Positions 50,187 to 59,264 of a stretch of 63,864 bases of DNA are shown in pieces. Both the position numbers and the translations under genes were made by a program. Each line of letters begins with the position of its first letter. Within the stretch, counting starts at the first letter, position 1. Under the pieces are notes generated by a model. The model saw only the letters and a list, made by a program, of their open reading frames with translations, searched no databases and had not been told where the DNA came from. The DNA is from an uncultured Acidimicrobiaceae bacterium (lineage in GTDB: Bacteria; Actinomycetota; Acidimicrobiia; Acidimicrobiales; UBA10347), in assembly GCA_964513315.1 (NCBI GenBank), contig CAZEMU010000002.1, positions 1-63,864 of the forward strand, written 5' to 3'.

Positions 50187-50947
50187 AGTCAGTTCGCATC
50201 ATCCCGTGCCTCGACGTGGACAAGGGCCGCGTCGTCAAGGGCGTGAACTTCGTGGACATCCGCGATGCGGGTGACCCCGTCGAACTGGCCGCTCGCTACG
50301 ACGTCCAAGGCGCCGACGAGGTCATCTTTCTCGACATCACTGCGTCGAATGAGCGGCGCAACACGACGGTCGAGATGGCCCGTCGTGCCGCCGAAGAGCT
50401 GTTCATCCCCTTCACCGTCGGCGGCGGCGTGCGCAGCGTCGAAGATGCCCGCAAGCTGCTTCGGGTGGGCGCAGACAAGGTGGGCGTTAACACCGCCGCC
50501 GTCGAACGTCCCGAAGTCCTGGCCGAGATCTCGGCCGAGTTCGGCGACCAGTGTGTGGTCGTCGCCATCGACGCGAAGCGGGCCGACACGACGGCCAGTG
50601 GCTTCGAGGTCTATGTGCACGGCGGTCGCACCCCGACCGGTATCGATGCCGTCGAATGGGCGGTCCAAGCGACGACGAACGGCGCCGGCGAAGTGCTGCT
50701 GACCTCGATGGATGGTGACGGCACTCGGGCTGGCTACGACAACCTGCTCACGGCCGCAGTTGCCGACAATGTGGGCGTGCCGGTCATCGCCAGCGGTGGC
50801 GTCGGAACGCTCGATCATCTGGTCGAAGGCGTGCACCAAGGACGAGCCGATGCCGTGCTGGCTGCATCGATCTTTCACTTCGGAGAGCACACGGTGGGCG
50901 AGGCCAAGGCGCACATGGCTGCGGCGGGGATCACCGTTCGTCCGTAA
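50183..50947 (+). CDS. hisF: imidazole glycerol phosphate synthase, cyclase subunit
   Basis: [33 protein letters not shown] motifs; GTGA overlap. Confidence 0.95.
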   Translation: MKSVRIIPCLDVDKGRVVKGVNFVDIRDAGDPVELAARYDVQGADEVIFLDITASNERRNTTVEMARRAAEELFIPFTVGGGVRSVEDARKLLRVGADKVGVNTAAVERPEVLAEISAEFGDQCVVVAIDAKRADTTASGFEVYVHGGRTPTGIDAVEWAVQATTNGAGEVLLTSMDGDGTRAGYDNLLTAAVADNVGVPVIASGGVGTLDHLVEGVHQGRADAVLAASIFHFGEHTVGEAKAHMAAAGITVRP

Positions 50948-51012
50948 TCCGGGCGACATCGGAAGAGAAAAGTTCCTCGACGAGGAACCAAAACCAGTCC
51001 CTCAAGCGTCTG

Positions 51013-52344
51013 ATGGGTATGGAACAGCATCGATGGAGCGGACATCGACGCCCGAGCGCGTCTCTTTTGGCAGTAGTCGTCACCGTGGTGATGGCGCTCG
51101 TTCTGGCTTCGTGCGGCTCGATCGGCACGCCGTCGGCTTCTGACTCGCCGCTAGCGGATGGGGCCGCGACGCCGAGCCCGACACCGACCGAACCAGCGAC
51201 CGATGTCGATGCATCGACGACGCCCACGCCGGTCCAGATTCCAACGATCGTGCCTTCGACGACGCCGACCGTGGAGGCGACGCCTGGACCAACGTCGACG
51301 CCACCGCCGATCCCGACCGCCTCGGGTCAGGCCACGCCGGCCCCGACTGCGACTGCGACGAGCCCGACGAGCACGCCTGCTCCGACGGCGACACCTGGAC
51401 CGACCTCAGTGCCTCAGCCGACCTCGACGCCGCAACCAACCGCCACGCCGCAGCCAACGGCGACGCCCACCCCGACCGCAACACCGTTGCCAGTCGTCCC
51501 CGTCGTGAGCTGTTCGATCGCTCCACAGCGCGCCGTCGCAGTGAAGGAAGCGCTCGTCTTCACGGCGTCGGCCACCCCGGCCAACATTCCGATCTCGTTC
51601 GCCTTTGACCACGGCGATGGCACGCTCGATCCTGGCGCCGTGTCGAACGCCTACTACCTGGACCTGGGCCAGTACGACGTTCGGCTGCGATGGAACACGA
51701 CTGCCGGTGCGTCGGGCGTCGTCGATTGCGGCACCGTCGTCGTGATCGACAGCTCGCCTGCGAACTGTCGTATCGGTCTCGGCCCGGCCGATGGCCTCGG
51801 CTGGTGGTGCGGTGACACGTTCTGCCGCCAGGGCAACCCCGACCGGTCGCCCGTTTGTCCGACGAGCAAGCCCTACGGCTGTTACACGGGCATGGACGGT
51901 GGCCTGTATTGCATCGACCCACCCGGAGGCGGCGCCGCCAAAGAGTGCTTGGTGGGCCAAGGCCTGGCCGATGGCTTCGTCTGGTACTGCGGTGGCCAGA
52001 TCTGTCTCGCCACCCAGAGCGTATGCCCGCCGTATCCGATCTACGGCTGCTTCCGTACCGTGGCTGGCCCGACGATCTGCATCGATCCGGCACCCTCGCC
52101 GGTCATCGCCTGCACCATCTCGAAGACCCAGATCACGGTGAACGAGGTCATCACCTTTACTGCTGTCCAGACCGGTTCACAGATTCCCGTCGACTTCGTG
52201 TTCGACCACGGTGATGGCACCCTCGACCCGACGTCGCAATCGAACGCCTACTACGCGGCTCCCGGTAGCTATCAGGTGCGGCTGAAGTGGACGCACGCCA
52301 CCGGCAGTGGCATCGAAGACTGCGGCACCGTGGTTGTGAGCTGA
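51013..52344 (+). CDS. secreted lipoprotein: Pro/Thr linker, PKD-like domain, 2x six-Cys module, PKD-like domain
   Basis: Signal peptide with lipobox LASC. PT-rich linker (aa ~50-160). FDHGDGT-containing PKD-like repeats at aa ~165-247 and ~364-443. Two modules with spacing C-x13-C-x4-C-x6/10-C-x7-C-x9-C. Confidence 0.8.
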   Translation: MGMEQHRWSGHRRPSASLLAVVVTVVMALVLASCGSIGTPSASDSPLADGAATPSPTPTEPATDVDASTTPTPVQIPTIVPSTTPTVEATPGPTSTPPPIPTASGQATPAPTATATSPTSTPAPTATPGPTSVPQPTSTPQPTATPQPTATPTPTATPLPVVPVVSCSIAPQRAVAVKEALVFTASATPANIPISFAFDHGDGTLDPGAVSNAYYLDLGQYDVRLRWNTTAGASGVVDCGTVVVIDSSPANCRIGLGPADGLGWWCGDTFCRQGNPDRSPVCPTSKPYGCYTGMDGGLYCIDPPGGGAAKECLVGQGLADGFVWYCGGQICLATQSVCPPYPIYGCFRTVAGPTICIDPAPSPVIACTISKTQITVNEVITFTAVQTGSQIPVDFVFDHGDGTLDPTSQSNAYYAAPGSYQVRLKWTHATGSGIEDCGTVVVS

Positions 52345-52382
52345 TCAAACGCTCGCACGGGCCCAGGTGACAACATCAGGGC

Positions 52383-53543
52383 ATGTCCGATGCGCCCGTG
52401 GTCTCCATCGACCCAGCTGAGTTCTGGCAGGACCCGTATCCGGCGCTCGCCTCGATGCGAGCCGAAGCTCCGATCTGTTTCGTGCCCGAGCTCAACGCGA
52501 CGCTGTTGACCAAGCGCGACGACATCAACGTCTGCGAGAAGCACGTTGCCGTCTTCTCATCTGATCAGCCCGGCGGTCTCATGAACGTGCTGATGGGCAA
52601 GAACATGATGCGTAGCGATGGCGATGAGCACCGCCAGGAGCGCTTCGTCTACTACCCGGCCATCTCGCCTCGAGAGATCGAAGCTCGCTGGCAGGCGTCG
52701 TTCGAGGCCTCCGCAGATGCAGTCCTTGACGCACTCGAACCGCAAGGCGAAGCCGACCTAGTGCTCGCCTATGCGACGGCGCTGAGCGGCGAGGCGCTCA
52801 AGGCCATGACGGGCCTGACGAACATCACGTACCAAGAGATGGATGCGTGGAGCCAGGGGATGATCGACGGCATCGCCAACTATGTCGGTGACCCCGACGT
52901 CGCGGCTCGATGCGAGCATGCGACGTCATCGATCGACGCGGCTATTGACGAGCGGCTGCCAGAGATCACGGCGACACCGGACCACAGCTTGCTGTCGGTG
53001 ATGGTGCACGCGGGTATGCCCGAGGACAAGGTGCGGGCGAATATCAAGCTCACGATCTCGGGCGGCCAGAACGAGCCCCGCGACGCGATTGCCGGTGCCG
53101 CGTGGGCGTTGCTCACGCACCCGGACCAGCTGGCCATGCTCCGGGCAGGCGAGGTCCCGTGGCTACGTGCTTTCGAGGAGTACTGCCGCTGGATTGCGCC
53201 GATCGGTATGTCGCCTCGGCGCATCGCCGCGGAACACACCTATCGCGGCGTGACGTTCGAGCCCGAGGAACGGACGTTTCTGATGTTTGGCTCGGCGGGA
53301 CGCGACGAGGATCACTTCGGCCGCAGCGACGAGTTCGACATCACCCGCAGCACCCGGGCCAGCTTGCACTTCGGGGCTGGGCCGCACTTCTGCGCTGGCG
53401 CGGCAGCGTCGCGGAGCCTGGTCGGCGATGTCGCTTTGCCGAAGCTGTTCGAACGGCTTCCGAACCTGCGACTGGTAGCCGACGTGCCGTTCGGCGGTTG
53501 GGCGTTCCGTGGACCGCTCGAGATGCCAGTCGCCTGGAACTAG
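52383..53543 (+). CDS. cytochrome P450
   Basis: Heme loop FGAGPHFCAGAAAS and an EYCR (ExxR) motif. Confidence 0.9.
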   Translation: MSDAPVVSIDPAEFWQDPYPALASMRAEAPICFVPELNATLLTKRDDINVCEKHVAVFSSDQPGGLMNVLMGKNMMRSDGDEHRQERFVYYPAISPREIEARWQASFEASADAVLDALEPQGEADLVLAYATALSGEALKAMTGLTNITYQEMDAWSQGMIDGIANYVGDPDVAARCEHATSSIDAAIDERLPEITATPDHSLLSVMVHAGMPEDKVRANIKLTISGGQNEPRDAIAGAAWALLTHPDQLAMLRAGEVPWLRAFEEYCRWIAPIGMSPRRIAAEHTYRGVTFEPEERTFLMFGSAGRDEDHFGRSDEFDITRSTRASLHFGAGPHFCAGAAASRSLVGDVALPKLFERLPNLRLVADVPFGGWAFRGPLEMPVAWN

Positions 53544-54262
53544 GCCAGCCGGCTTCCGTAGCGAAGCAGGTTGCCGTCAGGATCGATGTGCGCGCCTTCG
53601 AGCAGGCCGTAGGGCGTCGCTTCGGGCTCGGTGAATCGCCCACCCGCTCCGCTGGCTCGCCATGCGACATGCAGCGCAGCAGCGTTGTCGACGAAGAGAT
53701 ACGCCGCGCTCGTGGTGGTGAGCGGGTCGAGGTCAGGCACCTTGGCCAGATGGAACGACACGCCGTCTCGGTCGGCGTAGCCGTACCCGTCGTCGTAGCT
53801 GTGGGTCGAGAAGCCGAGCAGTTCGTAGTGAGCGAGGGCGGCGGCGACATCGCGGCACGGCAGAATCGCCGCCAAGCTGTTGAGTCGCGGCCCGGCCTGA
53901 GCCGGGTCTGGTGACGCCGGAGTGGCGTGTGGCTGCACCGTCAGCGCAGTTGCTTCGTCGGGCGCCACGATGATGTGGGCAATCAACCCGTCTTCGACCA
54001 ACATCACCAAGAAGATGGTCATCAGCTCGCCGTCGAGGGCGCCTTCGACGGCACTCACGATGCGGTCGTTCACGGTGGTCGTCGTCGAGGATCGGACCTC
54101 GGCGCCGTGGCGCAGCATCGAATCCATCGTGCGGATCACCGCGTCGGCGTCGACGCAGTCGTCCCACTGGCAGCGGTCATGCAGCACCGATCGGAACGTC
54201 GCAAGGTCTTGGTCGACCAGGAGTGCCTGGACGGCCGCTTCGAGCTCGGTAGGAGTCGCCAT
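53540..54262 (-). CDS. two-domain protein: NTF2/SnoaL-like N-terminus + VOC (glyoxalase/bleomycin-resistance) C-terminus
   Basis: The C-terminal half (ILPCRDVAAALAHYELLGF...HIDPDGNLLR) fits the VOC fold. The N-terminal domain assignment is weaker. Confidence 0.65.
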   Translation of the reverse strand: MATPTELEAAVQALLVDQDLATFRSVLHDRCQWDDCVDADAVIRTMDSMLRHGAEVRSSTTTTVNDRIVSAVEGALDGELMTIFLVMLVEDGLIAHIIVAPDEATALTVQPHATPASPDPAQAGPRLNSLAAILPCRDVAAALAHYELLGFSTHSYDDGYGYADRDGVSFHLAKVPDLDPLTTTSAAYLFVDNAAALHVAWRASGAGGRFTEPEATPYGLLEGAHIDPDGNLLRYGSRLA

Positions 54263-54293
54263 AGCGGAACCGTACTTTGGAGGCGATGCGGTG

Positions 54294-55163
54294 TCAGCCG
54301 TCCGAACCGCGCACGATCAGGCCGAGTGCTCCAAGCACCAGAGCCATGCCCACGATCTGGACGACGTTGACCGTCTCGCCCTCGAGTACGAGCGCAGCTA
54401 ACGCGACCGACACCACGGGACTGACGAGCGTGAGTTGCGAGACGAGCCCGAGCGGAACCCGAGGGTGCGCCCAGTTCAGCAGCAAGTGGCCGGTCCCAGG
54501 GATGGCGACCATCAACGGAATCCACCACCACTTGCCCGGTCCAGGATCAAGGGTGCCGCTGAAGATGACGGCGATCGGCAACAACACGGCCGCGCTGAAG
54601 ATGAGCGACAAGCTCTGGTACTCGATGGCGCCAAGGTGTTCGCGTGCGCGCTTCGAGGTGACGAAGTACAGCGTCCACGAGATCAAGGCACAGACCCCGA
54701 GCGCATCGCCCGCAGGACTCCACGAGGGCGAGTCGACGGATCCGAAGACAACGAGACCGACGCCGGCGATGGCAACGGCGGAAAGCATCCACTCTCGGCT
54801 GGTCACGGTCTCGCCGAACCGCTTGGCGAAGAACAGCAGCACGACGACGGGTTGCAGCGCAATGAGCATCGTGGCGTTGGCGACGGTCGTCAGCTGGATC
54901 GACGAGAAGAAGAACACGAGCTGGATGCCGAAGATCACGCCGCCCGGTGCAGCACGCCGCAGCGACGCTTTCGAGACGGTGCCGCGGACGGCCAGCAGCA
55001 TCAGTCCGTAGACGACTGCGGCGCCCCAGGCCCGGTGGAACCCAAGCACGGGCCCGTCGATCCCGGCCGCTTTTGCGACGACGCTCCCGATGCCCATGAG
55101 CGTCACTGCCGCTCCGACGGCGCCTAGGCCAAGCCGGGTTGCGTCGGTCGAGGCGTCGGTCAC
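54294..55163 (-). CDS. EamA/DMT-family transporter
   Basis: 10-TM profile with two EamA-like halves. Confidence 0.8.
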   Translation of the reverse strand: MTDASTDATRLGLGAVGAAVTLMGIGSVVAKAAGIDGPVLGFHRAWGAAVVYGLMLLAVRGTVSKASLRRAAPGGVIFGIQLVFFFSSIQLTTVANATMLIALQPVVVLLFFAKRFGETVTSREWMLSAVAIAGVGLVVFGSVDSPSWSPAGDALGVCALISWTLYFVTSKRAREHLGAIEYQSLSLIFSAAVLLPIAVIFSGTLDPGPGKWWWIPLMVAIPGTGHLLLNWAHPRVPLGLVSQLTLVSPVVSVALAALVLEGETVNVVQIVGMALVLGALGLIVRGSDG

Positions 55164-55293
55164 CGACGGAGACTAGGGGTGCGAAGCGACCGCTTGAAGC
55201 CGTCGAGATCGATGATCGCGACGGCTACAGGTACATCACCGCACGCACACCAGTGGTCAATTGAGTACTCAAAATGGCTTTGATGGCAACTTC

Positions 55294-56400
55294 TCACTCC
55301 GCCCCCGACCGTGTCGAGAGCAAACGCCCAACGTCGTGGTCGTGTCCGGCCGTATACACACGTTCGACCATCGTTGTGAGCGCCTGCTGGACCAGATCGT
55401 CGCCCGGATCGAGATGGGCCAGGTTGTTGCCGAACTGACCCATCCACCACAGCAGGTTCTCGTCGTAGCTGCGCAGGAACCAGGCGCGGTCGACGACAAC
55501 GCCGCGAGCCTCGAGGGCACCCAGGTAGTGATCGATGAGGTCGGCCTCGGCGTCGCGCCGCTGGTCGATCTGCAAACTGGTCGCAATGAAGCAGCTCACG
55601 TCCATCGCCGCTGGTGCACGCATGGCCGTCTGCCAGTCGATGATCGTGACCCGGTCGTCGTGGAACAGCATGTTGTCGATCCGATAGTCGGCATGCACGA
55701 GCGTGAGCGGCTCGGTGCTCGCTTGGGCAGACCAGTCGGCGAGCAGGGGAGCGAAGTCCTGCACCCACGCTGCGGTCTGTCCCGGCAGCATCTCTCGGTA
55801 GCGCTCGATGAAGGCAGGCAGGTTGTTGATCCAGAGCGGTTGCAGTCCGCCAACGCCGCCTCGGTCAAACCCGGGCATCCACTCGAACTCGGTGGCGCCG
55901 CCCCACCATGTGGCATGGATATCGGCGAGCGCATCGATCGCTGCGTTGGCCTGTGCGCTGGTTGCGCCGCCAAAGAAGTCGAACGGATCTGGCTCGATGA
56001 ACTCGATCGCAAGTGCCCACCGATCGAGCGCCGGATCGCCGAGATTGCAGAAGCAACGAGCCAGCCCGGACACCGTCGCGCTGGCGGCCACGTGCTCATA
56101 GAACGCCGCCTCTCGCCCGTACGCGTTGAGCATGGTGCCAACGCGGCGGCTGGCGGGATTCGCCGCAGGCAACTTGAGTGCAAGCCGATCGGGGCGGCTC
56201 GAGTCGTCGGAGTCCGGCATGGCCGGGTCGGCGTAGTCGATGTGCACGAGCGCCAGGTCGCCGATCAGCCCCTTGCTGTGCGCCATCGGCTCGATCGTCA
56301 CCGCCGCGATCGAGTCGTCGATCCGTCCATCATCGATGAGGGTTTGCCGCAACCACGATGGCGTGACCTCAGCCATCGATTCGGGAATCGTCGTGTGCAC
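55294..56400 (-). CDS. phosphotransferase-family kinase (APH/CHK-like)
   Basis: LVHADYRIDNMLF (HxDxxxxN) and IIDWQTA (Mg-binding Asp). Confidence 0.8.
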   Translation of the reverse strand: MHTTIPESMAEVTPSWLRQTLIDDGRIDDSIAAVTIEPMAHSKGLIGDLALVHIDYADPAMPDSDDSSRPDRLALKLPAANPASRRVGTMLNAYGREAAFYEHVAASATVSGLARCFCNLGDPALDRWALAIEFIEPDPFDFFGGATSAQANAAIDALADIHATWWGGATEFEWMPGFDRGGVGGLQPLWINNLPAFIERYREMLPGQTAAWVQDFAPLLADWSAQASTEPLTLVHADYRIDNMLFHDDRVTIIDWQTAMRAPAAMDVSCFIATSLQIDQRRDAEADLIDHYLGALEARGVVVDRAWFLRSYDENLLWWMGQFGNNLAHLDPGDDLVQQALTTMVERVYTAGHDHDVGRLLSTRSGAE

Positions 56401-56467
56401 GCGCCGATGCTAGGTCGGCGGCCGCAAAGCAGGGCAGAGTGCGGCTGGTCGGCGATAGCGTTGGCCC

Positions 56468-56854
56468 GTGACCAAGACCGCAGAAGACGACACGACGTCG
56501 GAAAGCAACTCGTCGAGAAGTAATGGCTTGAACGCCGACGATCGGCTTCCGATCAAGATGCTGAACGACCGCATTCTCGTCAACATCGATCTGCCCGAAG
56601 GCGAACGGCGAACGACCGGCGGAATCTTGATCCCTGCCACAGCACAGGTCGGTAAGCGTCTCACCTGGGCCCGCGTCGAAGCCGTCGGACCAAACGTGCG
56701 GTCGATCGAGATCGGCGACCAGGTTCTGTTCAACCCGAACGACCGCTTCGAAGTCGAAGTGCGGGGCACCGACTACATCATCTTGCGCGAGCGTGACATC
56801 CACGCCGTGGCCGCGGAGCGCCTCGAAGAGGGCAGCACCGGGCTTTACCTCTGA
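56468..56854 (+). CDS. GroES/Cpn10-like protein with N- and C-terminal extensions (ends ...STGLYL)
   Basis: IKMLNDRILV...GERRTTGGILIPATAQ...VEAVGPNV...GDQVLFN...ILRERDIHAV matches the Cpn10 fold pattern. Start uncertain: GTG 56468 or TTG 56528. Confidence 0.75.
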   Translation: MTKTAEDDTTSESNSSRSNGLNADDRLPIKMLNDRILVNIDLPEGERRTTGGILIPATAQVGKRLTWARVEAVGPNVRSIEIGDQVLFNPNDRFEVEVRGTDYIILRERDIHAVAAERLEEGSTGLYL

Positions 56855-56871
56855 CCTGACAGGTACCTGAC

Positions 56872-58386
56872 ATGGCCACTGGTCCCAGCCGCGAACAGTT
56901 CCGGGCATGGGCCCGCGAGTACACGGTGCTTCCCGTTTGGCGAGCGCTTGTCGCCGACCTGACCACGCCCGTCGCTGCGTTCGCTCGCTGTGTGCGGGAC
57001 GAGCCAGGTTTCATCCTCGAGTCGGTCGAACACGGCGAACGCTGGAGCCGCTTTAGCTTCGTCGGCCGTCGGCCGCGAGCGACACTCGTTTCGAGTGGCC
57101 TCGACGTCACGATCACGGGCGAGCTCGACATCGACGTCCCGACGGACCAGGGCATGCTCGCTGCGGTCGAAGCGATCCTGGCGGCGTATCGGTCGCCGAC
57201 GGTTGAAGAGCTCCCGCCGATGCATGGCGGCCTGGTTGGCTATCTCGGCTACGACATTGTCCGTGAGATCGAGCGCCTGCCTGACGTACCCGACGACGAG
57301 CTCGGCCTGCCCGATTCGCAGCTGAGCGTGATCGGCCAGATCGCGGCCTTCGATCACTGGCGCCAACAAGTCGTGCTGATCGACAACGTGATCGTCGATG
57401 CAGAGATGAGCGACGCCGAGCTCGACGCCGCCTACGACGCTGCGCTGGATCGTCTCGAGCAGTTCGCTGAGGACGGTGCCTCGTCGCTCGATGAGCCGCT
57501 GCTTGAGCCGCCGTCGCGAGACGACGAGTTGCCGACGGTTCGGTCCTCGATGCCAGCGGGCCAGTACCAAGCGGCAGTCGAGGCCTCCAAGGACCTCATT
57601 CGGGCGGGCGACATCTTCCAGGTCGTGTTGTCCCAGCGGTTCGACTTCGACCTCGACGCCGACCCGTTCGACGTCTACCGCGTGCTGCGTCAGATCAATC
57701 CGAGCCCGTACATGTACTTCGTGCGGTCGCCCGAAGTGTCGCTGGTCGGTGCCTCGCCGGAGCCGCTCGTCAAGATCGAAGACGGTCGTGTGATCAGCCG
57801 TCCGATCGCAGGCACCCGTCGCCGAGGCAAGACCGACCTCGAAGACCGAGCGCTCGGTGCCGAACTGGCCGAAGATCCCAAGGAACGGGCCGAGCACGTG
57901 ATGCTCGTCGACCTCGCACGCAACGACATCGGTCGAGTCATCGAATACGGCTCGCTGCAGATCGATGAACTCATGTCGCTCGAGCTGTACAGCCACGTGA
58001 TGCACCTGACCTCGCAAGTCTCCGGCGAGCTTCGCGAAGGCCTCGGCCCGGTCGACGTGATCCGGGCCACGCTGCCCGCTGGCACCGTGTCGGGCGCCCC
58101 CAAGGTGCGGGCGATGGAGATCATCGATGACTTCGAGCCGTGCAAGCGCGGTCCGTACTCCGGTGTCGTCGGTTACATCGACTTCAACGGCAACCTCGAT
58201 ACGGCGATCGCAATCCGCACGATGGTGATCACGCCGGAACGGGCGTCGGTGCAGGCTGGCGCCGGCATCGTCTACGACAGCGAGCCCGAGCTCGAGAACA
58301 ACGAGTGCTTCCACAAAGCCACTGCGTTGCTCGCCGCAGTACCTGCAGCAGAACGACTGACTCACGCCCGGAGGGCATCACAATGA
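56872..58386 (+). CDS. trpE: anthranilate synthase component I
   Basis: LESVEHGERWSR, PSPYMYF, LPAGTVSGAPKVRAMEII motifs. Confidence 0.95.
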   Translation: MATGPSREQFRAWAREYTVLPVWRALVADLTTPVAAFARCVRDEPGFILESVEHGERWSRFSFVGRRPRATLVSSGLDVTITGELDIDVPTDQGMLAAVEAILAAYRSPTVEELPPMHGGLVGYLGYDIVREIERLPDVPDDELGLPDSQLSVIGQIAAFDHWRQQVVLIDNVIVDAEMSDAELDAAYDAALDRLEQFAEDGASSLDEPLLEPPSRDDELPTVRSSMPAGQYQAAVEASKDLIRAGDIFQVVLSQRFDFDLDADPFDVYRVLRQINPSPYMYFVRSPEVSLVGASPEPLVKIEDGRVISRPIAGTRRRGKTDLEDRALGAELAEDPKERAEHVMLVDLARNDIGRVIEYGSLQIDELMSLELYSHVMHLTSQVSGELREGLGPVDVIRATLPAGTVSGAPKVRAMEIIDDFEPCKRGPYSGVVGYIDFNGNLDTAIAIRTMVITPERASVQAGAGIVYDSEPELENNECFHKATALLAAVPAAERLTHARRASQ

Positions 58387-59261
58387 CGGCACCGACCTTG
58401 ACCGGAACCGACGCGGTGCGAGCAGGTGTCGGCGCCATTGCTGGGCTCCGCCAAGCCGTGATGGCCGAAGGCCCCGAAGCCGAGAGCTTCTTGCAAGGCC
58501 AGCTCAGCCAAGACATTGCCTCGATGGCACCGCACGAGAGCCGCTGGTCACTGCTGCTGCACCCTCAGGGCAAGATCAGCGCATGGCTCCGCGTCACCCG
58601 TCTCGACGGCGAGCGGTTCCTGCTCGACGTGGATACCGACTGGGCTGATGAAGTCGTCACCCGGCTCACCCGATTCAAGCTGCGCACCAAGTGCGAACTG
58701 ACGATCTCGCCGTGGACTTCGCTCACCATCGTCGGTCATGGCGCACTGAACGTCGAGGTCGACAACGGCGAGCTCGAACTCCACGACTCGTGGGCCGGGC
58801 TGCCGATCGTCATCGTGTTCGGTGACAACCCGACCGCCGACGTTCCTGAGATCGAATTCGCCACGGCAACCGCGCTGCGCATCGAAGCGGGTCGTCCGGC
58901 CATGGGCGCCGAACTCGACGAGTCGACAATTCCTGCCGCTGCTGGCATCGTCGACCAGAGCGTGAGCTTCACCAAGGGGTGCTACACGGGCCAAGAGCTC
59001 GTGGCCCGCATCGACAGCCGCGGCAACAACGTGCCTCGACGCTTGGTCGGCCTCGTCTTCGACGGCGCTGCAGCGACCGACGATGTCGAGATGACCGTCG
59101 ATGGCCAAGGCGTTGGCGTCGTGACGACTGCTGGACACTCTGGTGTACTCGGCTGCGACGTCGCGTTGGCCTACGCCACCCGTGCGGTCGAGGTTGGCGA
59201 CGTCGTGCAGGCGGGTGGAACGACGGCGACGGTTCGGGAACTTCCGCTCGTCGCTGGCTGA
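58383..59261 (+). CDS. YgfZ/GcvT-like folate-binding protein
   Basis: KGCYTGQELVARIDSRGN (YgfZ signature region). ATG 58383 overlaps the trpE stop (ATGA). Confidence 0.8.
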   Translation: MTAPTLTGTDAVRAGVGAIAGLRQAVMAEGPEAESFLQGQLSQDIASMAPHESRWSLLLHPQGKISAWLRVTRLDGERFLLDVDTDWADEVVTRLTRFKLRTKCELTISPWTSLTIVGHGALNVEVDNGELELHDSWAGLPIVIVFGDNPTADVPEIEFATATALRIEAGRPAMGAELDESTIPAAAGIVDQSVSFTKGCYTGQELVARIDSRGNNVPRRLVGLVFDGAAATDDVEMTVDGQGVGVVTTAGHSGVLGCDVALAYATRAVEVGDVVQAGGTTATVRELPLVAG

Positions 59262-59264
59262 GCT

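Noticed and set aside
51150-51500. Tandem-repeat-looking DNA in the lipoprotein gene (ACGCC(G/C)CA(A/G)CC(A/G)AC-type units)
   Set aside because: It encodes the Pro/Thr-rich linker (PTSTPQPTATPQPTATPTPTATP). This is low-complexity coding sequence, not a CRISPR array or a non-coding satellite.
53540-53543. Convergent P450 and VOC genes overlap by 4 nt and share the palindrome CTAG as both stop codons
   Set aside because: The observation is real, but it is most simply a compact-genome coincidence. There is no further structure or terminator to interpret.
56855-56871. trp leader peptide or attenuator upstream of trpE
   Set aside because: Only 17 nt separate the GroES-like stop from the trpE ATG. 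There is no room for a Trp-codon leader or terminator/antiterminator.
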